DNA of 64,000 nt from Callorhinchus milii (taxonomy: Eukaryota): NCBI RefSeq assembly GCF_018977255.1, contig NW_024704743.1, forward strand, positions 28,398,001-28,462,000, in the 5' to 3' direction. Within the stretch, counting starts at the first letter, position 1. Every line of letters starts with the position of its first letter. Positions 52,640 through 64,000 of this stretch are shown here, piece after piece. The notes beneath the pieces are model-generated. The model made no database searches. It was not told where the DNA came from and saw nothing but the letters and a program-made list of their open reading frames with translations. Both the position numbers and the translations under genes were made by a program.

Positions 52640-54050
52640 CATAGAACTATATAGCGCAGAAGGAGGCCATTCGGCCCATCATGTTTTTGCCAGTGCTTAG
52701 CTTCATAGAATCATACAGCACAGAAGGAGGCCATTTGCCCTATTGTGTCTTTGAAAAGAGCTATCCAATTCAATCCCATCCCCTTCCCCGCCCCACCCCC
52801 CACCCACTCGTAAACTTGTCATTTGCCAAATAATCATCTACTTCTCTCTTAAAAGTTGTTTTCGAATTGGCTTCCACCACCCTTTCAGTCAATGCATTCC
52901 AGATCAGAACAACTCGCTGTGTGAAAAAATGCCACCTCACATCCTCTCTGTTTCTTCTAACAACTATTTTAAATCGGTGTCCTCGGGTTACCAACCCACC
53001 TGCCAGTGGAAATATTTTCTCCTTGTTCACCCTATTGAATCCACTCATAATTTTGAAAACTTCTATTAAGTCTCCCCTTAATCTCTCCTCCAAGGAGAAT
53101 AATCCCAGTTTCTCTAGCTTCTCCTCATAACTGAAGTCTCTCATTCCTGGTACTATCCTGGTAAATCTCCTTTGCACCCTCTCCAAAGCCTTGACATCCT
53201 TCCTAAAGAGATTGATAGATTTCTAAAGGATAGAGGGATTAAGGAATATGGGGATATGGTGGGTAAATGGAATTAGGTTAGAATATCAGCCATGATTTTA
53301 TTAATTGGCGGGGCAGGCTCGACGGGCCGAATGGCCTAATCCTGCTTCTACGTCTTATGATCTTATGGTCTAAAATGTAATGTGCAGAACTGAACATCGT
53401 ACTCTAGCTGAGGCATAACCAGCCCCACCGGCTCTCCTCCCACCTCAAACTCCAAGGTTCTGTCCTTGACTGTTTCAGGTCCTACATTTCACACAGCCTC
53501 CACTTCGTCTCGGCAAACGACTTCTCCTCCAGCCCCCGCACTGACTCGTGCGGCGTTTTTCAGGGCTCTGTCCTCGGTTCCCTCCTCTTCACCCTCTACA
53601 TGCTCCCCCTTGATAACATCATCCGCAGACACAGGGTAAATTTCCACATGTAGGCGGATGATACCAAACTCTGCTTCCACCCTCAAGTATCATCTGCAAA
53701 CTTGGCAATTGTACTCCCTATACCCAAGTCCAGTTCATTTATATAGATCAATAAACAGTAGTTGTCCCAGTAGTGACCCCTGAGGGACACCACTGTACAC
53801 TTCCCTCCAGTCAGAAAAACAACTGTTTGCCACCACTCTCTGCTTCCTGTCTCCCAGCCAGTTCTGTATCCAGGCTGCCACTGTCCCTTTAATACCATGG
53901 GCTTCTATTTTGCTTACATGTCTCTTATGTGGCACTTTATCAAACGCCTTTGAAAATCCATATAAACTACATCAACTGCACTACCTTCATCCACCCTCTC
54001 CGTTACTTCATCAAAAAACTCTATCAGGTTTGTTAGACATGATTTGCCTG
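52640..54050 (-). mobile_element. CR1 LINE remnant with nested inserts (CR1 3' end at about 53210-53365 on +, L2 at about 53425-53684 on +)
   Basis: ERVQRRFTRIVPGMRDFSYEEKLEKLGLFSLE, WIQNWLGDRKQRV, PQGSLLG and KFADDT. Doubled catagaa...gaaggaggccatt tail. Confidence 0.88.
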
Positions 54051-54317
54051 GCCCTTGTGTCCATTAAATATTTTAAAGTTATTTCGAGAAATGCGTAAAG
54101 TCAACTTACTACTTCATCCAGAAGTCAGCACTTCCATCAATGCAGCACTCTTCAGCACAAGAGTTTCAGCCTAGACATTCAGTGCAAGTCTTGATGTGTC
54201 GCTTGACCTGCAACCTTCTGATCTACAACTTTCTCACCCACAGGTGAAAGTGCTACCGACTCAGCTAAGATATTTCAGAAACTATTTTGATTGAAAAATG
54301 ACTGATGTTATATTACA

Positions 54318-54614
54318 TAATAATGATAATAGTCCTTGCATATGACATAGCGCCTTATCTTGTTGATGAGACGTCTCAAAGGATTTCCCAGATTATATTG
54401 TAAAGTGAATTGAATGTATAAGTCAATTTTGTTTTTGAAGAATTTATTATCGCCGGAAAAGCAATCCATTAATTGACTTATGATGGGGTTACTACTTACT
54501 GCTAGGTAAACAGAAGCATGTGAAGTAAGGAAACTTGCTCAACATTTCGCCCTGCCTGGAATCAACCCAGGTCTCTCATTTGCGAGGTGATTGCTCTAAC
54601 CACTGAACTACAGG
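54318..54614 (-). mobile_element. tRNA-derived SINE, long form with internal deletion
   Basis: Head, extra segment and tail present. Part of the Deu-like body is missing. Confidence 0.8.
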
Positions 54615-55131
54615 ATGTTCAATACAATCAAACTCTGCTATAGATAAAAAAAATTGCATAGATTTCAAAGACAGAATCATGCAGACTTGTACACAAAGGG
54701 ATATTTCACCAACACATTAACACCAAAAATGATTCTACACTGAAAATCTGATTAAGAGAGAATTCACGCTGTTATCTAACAATATTACCTAATACTATTC
54801 CAAGCTTCATTTGTTAGTTAATGGACAAAGATATGAGTGGAACTAAGCCACGTCACATTACCCTTTCTGTTTCACTGTGTAGCAACACATTTTCTGTTGA
54901 CCTTTAGTGTTGTTTGCATGTAATGCTCTTAATGTTACAAAATACAATGGCATAATATTTACTATTACGTGATCCAGATATGAGAGTATGTTGAGAAATT
55001 TTGGACACAAATCATTAAAACTGTTGGCACAAATATGTCTGCATACATTTCTGCAGATTCAGCAAACTCATGAAAATTATATACTAAAAGTATACAGATT
55101 GTGTTTGTTTGTAAATCTCCGTATGTTCCCC

Positions 55132-55828
55132 AGATGTTGTAAATTTCACTTTGTCTTAGCCAAGGATGCTATTTTGCCTTATCATTTAATATGGCTCAGA
55201 ATCAGTTTAGAAGTCAAATTACCTCAGTTTTTAAAACAAACCAACTTCCAAACGAAAACAAAACTGAAGATGTTCCACAATTCTGCACAATCTTAAATTT
55301 CAAGACAAAATGGTCTTATAGGCTAAGACGAGATGGAAGTTCCGGCCTCTGATGGCTCCATCGCTACTTTTCATCAATTTGCAATCATATTTTAATCATA
55401 GCACCTTGACATTGCCAACATGATACAGAGTGAATGCACTTCACAAGAAATCCCATGAATTGCTGTGATTCGCGCTCCCAACATTGAAAGGCGCTATAAC
55501 AAATGCAAAAAAATCACATTATAAATTAGCTGTATTCCAGAAATGTATTTCTATTGTGTTGCTGTTAACAGAACAATTGTAACAAACTAGTTGATTTGTC
55601 CACGATACACCAGCATGCTTCCCTTGTAGCACTTGGCATTCTTGGCATTTCAAAGATTCAAATAGGAGTGGAGCCCCATTATAACACAGTTGTCCAGATC
55701 CATCAAATACCAACTCACACTATAATGAGGTTTGTTATCTGCTTGTTATTGCAAGTGACTTCATGTTTACGAGCTGCTAGTGACCTCAGAACCATGTTGT
55801 GTAACTATTATTTAGTGTGATAAGGGAG
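55132..55828 (-). repeat. Inverted paralog of 24576-25204 (and of the 35117-35147 / 36325-36470 flanks)
   Basis: Reverse complement matches, e.g. ggctaagacaaa.tgaaatttacaacatct and cacaacatggttctgag...ctagcagctc.taaacatgaagtcactt. Confidence 0.9.
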
Positions 55829-56186
55829 TTTTTTTGCCTCATTGGGAGTGTAATGTTTCTTGCAGGTGTGTCTTGACATAGAATTATTTGTTTTAATAAT
55901 GTTTATTATGAGAGTTGTTTCAATCCATATTGCATTTTCCTGTTGCTTTTAAATAATTTGACATTTGATCATTGTGTGCTTCTTGACTTCCTGATTTCCA
56001 CTGAAACCTGCTTTTTGGAGTACTTTGTCCGATACCTGAGGCTTCTTTGAGAGGAATGGCAATGTTTCCTTTGCATTTGCTGTCAGTTTGATGAAGCTGA
56101 ACTAATTCATCCAGCTGTAGCTAATGAAGACAGTAAACATAGTGATGGAGAAAAACAATGGAAAACTATCCCTGGCACTGAAGGCA

Positions 56187-56512
56187 ATAATAATAATAAT
56201 AATAATCCTTGCATTTGATATAGTGCTTTTCACGTCTTCTAGACATCCCAAAGCGCTTCACAGAATATACTGTAATGTGAATTGTCTGTATGTTTGTGGG
56301 CGAAAGCGGCAGCCAATTGTGCACAGCAATGTCCTACAAACAGTCGTAGCTTGAAAATGACCAATTTATTATTGTTTTTGGTTTTGGAGGGATTATTATT
56401 AGGCTCTGTGTGGAGTAAGGAAACTTGCCCAAGGTTTCGCCCTCTGCCTGGAATTGAACTCAAGTCTCTCGCTTGCAAAGCGAGTGCTCTAACCACTGAG
56501 CTACAGGACTCC
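56187..56512 (-). mobile_element. tRNA-derived SINE, short young form
   Basis: Full reverse-complement copy. Confidence 0.92.
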
Positions 56513-56629
56513 GAAAGGGATATCCATGGGAACATGTGCCACAGGCAGTTCTCAACCTCTCAGCGTGTCACTTTTTAACACCTGAGGAAGGACAAAGTTA
56601 CCGTACACAGTAGCAAATGTGGAATTTTG

Positions 56630-56659
56630 NNNNNNNNNNNNNNNNNNNNNNNNNNNNNN
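56630..56659. other. Assembly gap (30 N)
   Basis: Run of N. Confidence 1.
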
Positions 56660-57071
56660 ATCCGGGTAATGAAAGGTGGGGCTCTATTTAATAACAATAG
56701 ACCGGTCAGGTGTACCGTCTGCACGGTGAAGTCAATATTTTTGATAACTGAAAGTAAAATGCACCCTTTAACATTCCCCCCGTTATTTAATGACAATCAA
56801 ATGTGAACCATGAATTATTTATTATTTTAGTTTTAAAAACGCATGTTATTTTTAGAATATGAACCTGGGAATCCAATATAAACCAGATGATGTTTCTCTT
56901 ATTTTGCTCTCTGGTCTGCTGTCTAACATTTTCACCAGCATCTAAGGCTGTTCTATACATAGTTTATTGTTGAGGTGATTGCAGTGAGTGGGAGAGATCC
57001 ACATCATGTGTGTGTGTTCTTTGCTTCAACATCTAATGATGAGAGACCATTAGCTTCCTTTCTCAGCTTCA

Positions 57072-57527
57072 ACAACAACAACAACAACAACAAGATTCCA
57101 TTTATAAAGCGCGTTTCACGTCAGGAGGACATCCCAAGGCGCTGCACAGTTGGGTCATGACCCGAGCAGGGGGGAAATGGTCAGGGTGAGGGGAGGGAAG
57201 GGAGGGAGCGAGGAGGGGAAAGAGAGTCGAGAGGGGAGCTGAAGGCTCGGTCAAAGAGAAAGGTTTTGAGACCGGCCTTGAAGGAGGAGAGGGAGGAGGC
57301 GGCGAAGGCACTGGGGGATAGAGTTCCAGAGCCTAGGGGCTGAGAGGCTGAAGGCCCGACCACCGACGGTAGGGCGATTGGGTCGGGGGACGTGGAGCAG
57401 ACCGGAGCCGGAGGAACGGAGGGTACGGGCAGGTAGGTACGGGGATAGTAGGTCGGAGCGGTAGGAGGGAGCAAAGCCGTGAATGGCCTTGTAGGTGAGG
57501 ATGAGGATCTTGAAATCAAAAAAAAGT
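57072..57527 (-). mobile_element. L2 (duplicate of 31919-32369)
   Basis: Same junctions and the same AGCTTCA TSD. Confidence 0.92.
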
Positions 57528-57730
57528 AGCTTCAGGGGAAACAGTGCCATCTTTTTAAGTCTCTCCACAAAACTACAAACTATATCCTTTCAATCTTGTG
57601 AATCTCCTATTGCTTCTTTAAAATGGCGAGCCAAAAACTACATAGAATGCTCGCAACTATGAACTAACTTTCATCTGATGATTCAGACAATAATAAGCTG
57701 TTTCAACCTCTTCCCTCCCTTTTTTTTCAG

Positions 57731-58133
57731 CTTCAAAATGGCCTGAGTTTTGATATGCTGTTAGACTGGACCGATCATGACAAGATGGATAATGATGAGA
57801 TTGTTGTAATGCTCCCTAAATTTAAGATGGAGAACACCTACAAGTTCACCTCAACACTTGGTGGTATGGGAATGGTTGATGCTTTTGATGCTTTGAAGGC
57901 AAATTTCTCGGGAATGACTGAGAAAAATGAACTGGTTTTGTCAAAAGTTGTTCACAAAACCTTTGTTGAAGTTAATGAAGATGGTACAGAAACAGCAGCT
58001 ACCACTGCAGTTATTATCCACGATGTGCAATATTACAAAGAGAATTTGTGGCTGACCATCCATTCCTGTTTTTCATCAGGCACAACAAAACTCGCAACAT
58101 CCTGTTCTTTGGGAAGATTCTTCCTCTCCGTAA
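57731..58133 (+). pseudogene. Clade-B serpin terminal exon, copy D (near-identical to B)
   Basis: Same loop frameshift as copy B, plus two extra 1-nt insertions near 58115-58122. Confidence 0.85.
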
Positions 58134-60303
58134 AACAATGCAAAAAGCCACTAACACAAGCATTAGTTAATAGCTTCACTCACTCACTTCTTGGGGGAAA
58201 GTAATCTGATCATTAATATCAGACTGTGGCTATGTCATCAGGTTTCACTGAAGGATGCTAAACCTTGGTCAGGATTGTGTAAACCAAAGATTTAAATGTT
58301 CTGCTATGCATTCATTTTTTACGTGTCTTTGTACAATTTTAACCATTGTCAAAATAATACTAACCTGCATTTTTATAAGAACCTTGTAAGTCCTATCAGT
58401 AATTTAACTTGTTATCTTACATACTGTATAACAGTACATTGAAGTTGAAATAAAATGATTTGCTTTCGACTCCAATTTTGGCTCCGTTTGTTTTCTTTCG
58501 CAAATGATTTTTTAGGTCAACAGCAAGAAGGGATTATTTAAGACATCTTGATATTTGTGAATTTGAAACACTGCCTACAATAAACATACGGTTAAGTTGC
58601 ACTTGTTTTCCTAGTGGGAATTCTAACAATACTTGGATAAAGCAGCAAACAAATTTTTCTGTCTGTGGAGTGCAATCCCTCTTTTTTTAAACTACAATGG
58701 AATCCACTTTAGCCAGACTCGGTTAACCCTGGACGCCAGGTAAATCGGATAAAGTTCCCTTCCCCTATGTGTCCAGCTAAAGTGGATGTCACTGTATGTG
58801 CCTTGAGCCAAAACCTAACCCAGAAGGGAACATTGCTGAAGGAGTGGATGACATTTTACATTCCACACCATTCAGCTTGTCATCTCGTGGCAATTTTGTG
58901 CTATGGAGCATGTGCCCACTAGGAATTACATTGAAACTGTTCAAATTCTATATGACCCTTACAGCCAATGGAGAAGACTCTAATGCTGTGAATTGAGCTG
59001 GATTGGAACTTGGGTCAAGCTGACTGCTTCATATTTCTTTTTCTTGTGATTCCCAGCGAAGAACACAACCCAGAGGTCAATTGGAGGGTTACCACTGAAC
59101 CCTTGATAAGATCATATACTTCAGTGCAATACAATGACTGTGTCTTTGTCTGTGTAGCTCAGATCACCCCTATACCACGTACGTACTCATTCTGGCTCTG
59201 GCCCTTAGAGTTTTGCATGCTGGACAAAATCATTATCATTGAGATTGGCATCAGTACATATAAAATAACATTGGAGATCAGTGCCTCCTATTGAGACATT
59301 AGGTTTAAGAATCTTTATGCAAATACATAAGAGTATTTATGAGCATTGTGTTTTATGAATCAGGCTACAAGTTCAGGATATTATTTATTATTTGTAGTGT
59401 GTGAAGAACCTTTGAGTGTATGTGGTTTATTATTTTCTGTCATATTTGGTAGAGATGAGCATTACTGGGGAGAAACCCATCTCACTTCTTTTAAGTTGTG
59501 TATCTTGAAGTTTGGTACTAGAGTTGGGTTTCCACACACAGTGATGAGGCAACATTCATGTTGAATCATGTGGGCACATCTTCCACATGCAAATTGTCTC
59601 TTCTGTAACATTTGTTTTCACAAGCAATCAATAACAATAGAAGGGTTGGCAGTAATTCAATGGGTTTTGCCAATACACCGATAATTATTCTTTCAAGAAC
59701 TGTCAAAAACCCAAAACCAAGTGGACAACTGAGTCACAAATGAATAAATTAATGCAAAATCTTGAAGGTTTATTTAGCATATACAATGCACTTCTTATTA
59801 TCCAAGTTATTGTGCAATGTTTGACGGTTGTTTACAGGCAGGTTTGAACAAAGTCAGGTACATTACCCATGAGCTGACTTTGTTTAAAAATTGCCGTTAC
59901 ATCAACAATTAACGAGAAAACTACAGCTGTAATAAACACATTTCTTATTTCTTAACCAATTTAATAGTAATAATAATAATAATAATCCTCACATTTGATA
60001 TAGCGCTTTTCACATCATCTAGTCGTCTCAAAGCGCTTCACAGAATATGCTATAAAGTGAATTGACTGTATATTTATGGTCAAAACGCAGCAGCCAATGG
60101 TGCACAGCAGTCTCCCCACAAACAGTCGTGGATTGAAGTGACTAATTTCTTTTCTTCTTTTTTCTTGAGGGATTATTATCAGTCATGTGGAGCAAGGTAA
60201 CTTGTCCAAGGTTTCGCTGTTCTGGAAATCGAACCCAGATCTCTCGCTTGAGAGGTGTGTGCCTTATCTAAATCCCTTATAACACTAAATAATAGTTACA
60301 CAA

Positions 60304-61480
60304 AAACAACAACAGCAAAAGAACATTTGTATAGCGCCATTTTACTTCAGGAGGACAGCCTAAGGTGCTGGACAGACAGAGTTTTGGACCCAAGCTCAAA
60401 GACAGGATCGAGGAGTGTGGAGGGCAAGGGTAAGTGGATTGAATGAAATTATGGTCGAAGAGGAGGGTCTTGAGATGGGTTTTGAAGGAGGCAATGGAGG
60501 GAGTGATGCGGAGGGACTGCTGGATGTAATTCTACAGGGTGGGAGCAGAGTAGCAGAAGGCCCGTCCTCCAATAGTGGGGTGAAGGAGGCAGGGGGTATG
60601 AAGCAAGCCGGAGCCCACTGAGCGAAGGGAGCGAGCAGGATGTTAGGCAGTTAGGAGATAGCAGAGGTAGGGTGAAGCAAGACTATGGAAGGCTTTGAAG
60701 GTGAGGACCAGGATCTTAAACTGTATCCTCTGTGTGATGGGAAGTCAGTGGAGTCGGGCAGAGCCTGCTGTAGGAGAGGACACGTACTGCAAAGTTCTGG
60801 ATGATCTATAGTCTATTGAAGAAGGAATTGGAGAGGCTGACAAGCAAGAAGTTTGCATAGTCAAACCTCGATGTAATGAAAGCATGTATGAGGTTTTCGG
60901 CGGCCTGCGGAGTGAGACAGTGGCAGAGCCAGGAGATGTTTCAGAGGTGAGGGAAGGTAGAATCAGTTATGGCATAGATGTAGGGTAGAAAGGATCGTTG
61001 AGATTCAAACTAGACCCCAAGGTTCTGGACTGGCTTAGAAACGTGGAGTGTGTAAATATGGATGGTGATGCTGTCAGCGCCTGAGGTGCCAATCAGGAGA
61101 GCCTCAGTCTTGTTGACATTCAACTGAAGAAAGTTAGCTCTCATCTCGGACTTGATGTCTGACAGACATTCTGTCAGGACAGCATTAGTCCTGGAGTCAA
61201 GGGTGGAGGCATAGAGGTAGAGTTGGGTGTCATCCACATGTGGAAGTTGACCCCATGTCTGCGGATGTTGTCACCAAGAGGGAGCATATAGATATTGAAG
61301 AGGAGGCCTTCATGGACAGAGCCCTGAGAAACGCCACACGAGACGGTGCAAGTTCTGAAGGAGAAACCATTTGTGGCGATGAAGTGGAGGCGGTGTGAGA
61401 GGTACGATCTGAACCAGTCAAGCACAGAGCCATGAAGGTTGAGATGAGAGGAGAGGCGGTAGATGAGGATAGAATGGTCT
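60304..61480 (-). mobile_element. L2 (duplicate of 35148-36324)
   Basis: Same junctions and the same CACAA TSD. Confidence 0.9.
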
Positions 61481-64000
61481 CACAACATGGTTCTGAGGGC
61501 ACTAGCAGCTCATAAACATGAAGTCACTTATAATAACAAGCAGATAACACACCTCTTTATAGTGTGAGTTGGTATTTATGGATCTGGACAACTGTGTTAT
61601 AATGGGGCTCCACTATACTGTTAAATGGGAATCCGTCCAAAGGAGATACTGTTTGGGATATTTAATTACACTAACATAATGAGTTCAACCCAACTAATCC
61701 TGTATTCAATAAGTTGAACTCAAGTAAACACCAAATTATTGTAATTTTACAGTTATATTTATGATGGTTCTGTTGACAACTGTGCTAAATATAAATCCAC
61801 CAGAAATAGTTCAAATAATTCATTTTAAATTGTGGCCATTCCTCAGTATTTCTAAGTTGAGTCAAAACGACAATAATTTGCATTGCGGATTTACATTGGG
61901 AAAATGTCTCAAATCGCTTTACAAAGACTGAACGGAAGCCCGAGCTGGGAGGGAAATGGGTGGGGGAGGGAAAGAGAAGGTGGCCCAAAGCACAGTCAAA
62001 GGGATGAGTTTTTAGACGGGCTCTGAAGCAGAGAGAGGGGGCAGGTACCCGGGGTGGGGAGAGGGAAAGAGGAAAGTAACTGAAAGCTGATGATGGTAAG
62101 AGGTGGGTGGGAGTGGGGGGGGTGGCATCAAACATGCCAAACTTGATGAAACTAAGGGAGTGGCTGTGGAAGTAGGGTCACAGGAGATCTCAGAGGTAGG
62201 TGAGTAAGACTGTAAGGTGAGGATGAGGACAAGAAGTCATTCCACTGGGGGATAGGAAGCCAGTGGATCAGACGATGAGGGGGCTAATGGGTCTGCAGAG
62301 TCTAATATGGGTGAGGATGTAGGCTGCAGAGTTCTTGATATTTTGGGGGCACCTTGGGATGGCTGACGACATGAAAGGCACGATATAAATGCAATTTGAT
62401 GGTTGTTTTGGAACTTATGTAGGGTGGAACTGGGGAGGCAGGTCATTGGAAAAGTCAAATCTGATTGGGACAAAGGCTGCATGAGGGTTTCAGCTATGTT
62501 GAGGGTGAGATAGTAATGTTGTAAGAGATGGAGGAAAGTGGCTTTGTTCAGTGCCCTGTTTGAAGGAGAGTTGAAAGTACGGGCTCTCTAAGTCGGAGTG
62601 AGCAATTGAATGGCATCTGATCCATACAGTTATGTTCTCCTGCCAATTGGCGGCTATGTCCTTTTAACTCAGGTGGTTTACATGCAACAATTGCAGAAAT
62701 AAATTAGGCATAACAGTACTGCTCTGAATCTAAATCCCAGTGAATATATACTAATCAAGTACTGGGGTGCATTTCAGGGTTATTTGATCTACATTGAAAC
62801 AAGATTACCTGTAAGACAGACCTAGAGTAATATGTGCAGTTATAATCATTTAACCTTAGAATCATGCAAAAGCCGTTGAAATGGGACAGAGGTGAGCAAC
62901 TATGATGTTTTAGATGTCAAATTTAATTACAAGCAAATATTAAGAAAATTGGATTTGGAAAAAAGCATCCTATAAAGTGTCCTAATTGAAAATTTTGATG
63001 TTCTGAAGCACGTTGAGTCTGGACGTACATGACTGTAGTGAGATCATACAACCCTTGCAAAGAAAACGTTTAAAGGAATGATGGTGGTATACTGCTCGAT
63101 GATAGATCTGATTGATCTCCATGTGGAGGGTGAATGAAAGATGAATAATAATAATAATAATCCTTGCATTTGATATAGCGCTTTTCATGTCTTCTATATG
63201 TCTCAAAGCGCTTTACAGAATATAATGTAAAGTGAATTGACTGTATACTTGTGGGCGAAACACGGCAGTCAATTGTGGACAGCAGTGTCCCACAAACAGT
63301 CGTGGATTGACCAAATTACTATTATTTTTTTTCTTGAGGGATTATTATCAGGCATGTGGGGTAAGGAAACTTGCCCAAGGTTTCGCCCTGCCAGGAATCG
63401 AACCCAGGTCTTTCGCTTGCGAGGCGAGTGCTCTAACCACTGAGCTACAGGAATGGAAGTTTGCTGTATTTTTAGTAACTTTGTTACTGATTAACAAAAT
63501 GCTGTAGAATCTCAGGATATCCAATTTTACTAAATTATTTAGATCCAAAAGTAATTTAAAAATGTGTTTTATGTGATGTGCACCTTCACTAATTCATTGA
63601 CAATCTATTCCTCTTGAGATTGGAAATGAAGATACTGGAATTGCTCAGAATATACAGTTCTACAATTACTTCTCCATATACCGTGTGTCCAAAGGCTAAT
63701 ATCGTTCCCCAAAAGAAACGTTATGGATCTGGAATTTTTCTCCCTATTTTTAGTAAATGAAATCGGAAAACAAAACAGAGCAAGTAGTAATCCAAATGTT
63801 CTCTTTTATAAAAACATAACAGTTTTTTTTTCAAGAAGAGTACATACTTTATCAACATTCATTTTCTTGAAGGCTGCCCGTAGGACTTTAAAATTATGGA
63901 TATATTCATGCTCCAGCTTTGCTTGGAATTTGACTTTCTTCAGAACTATGCAGCCCGGAAAAAGCATATCCATAAACTGACAGTATGAAATTCCTGTTGA

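Larger units (their letters stand above)
56731..64000 (+). repeat. Near-identical direct duplicate of 31579-38845
   Basis: Colinear at an offset of about 25,155, with ORF-track translations identical or almost so. Starts about 70 nt after the N gap. Confidence 0.97.

Noticed and set aside
56660..56730. Unique 70-nt segment after the gap as a duplication breakpoint
   Set aside because: Abuts the N run and is more likely low-quality contig-end sequence.

Overview
Vertebrate genomic DNA, very rich in repeats. The L2/CR1 LINEs and the Deu-type tRNA SINEs suggest a cartilaginous fish, but that is inference. The left third holds the 5' half of a minus-strand MARVELD3-like tight-junction gene: two coding exons at 9534-9715 and 7257-7438, candidate non-coding 5' exons, and a last exon apparently outside the window. 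A 4.5-kb, almost G-free CA/CT repeat with higher-order structure lies 5' of its coding exons. From about 24 kb to the end is a cluster of four disabled clade-B (SERPINB1/B6-like) serpin copies (A-D). They fall into two reactive-centre-loop types, are embedded in nested direct and inverted local duplications, and none has a start exon. The duplications supply empty-site/filled-site pairs that prove several L2 and SINE insertions and put events in order. An intact-looking CpG promoter (E-box, CRE, TATA, GC box, three MRE cores) and an unexplained exon-like ORF lie at about 42.9-44 kb. The last 7.3 kb, after an N gap, is a near-identical copy of 31.6-38.8 kb and may be an uncollapsed haplotype. 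I cannot establish a wholly new biological system from the sequence. The best leads are the orphan promoter/exon, the serpin loop diversification and the modular SINE.
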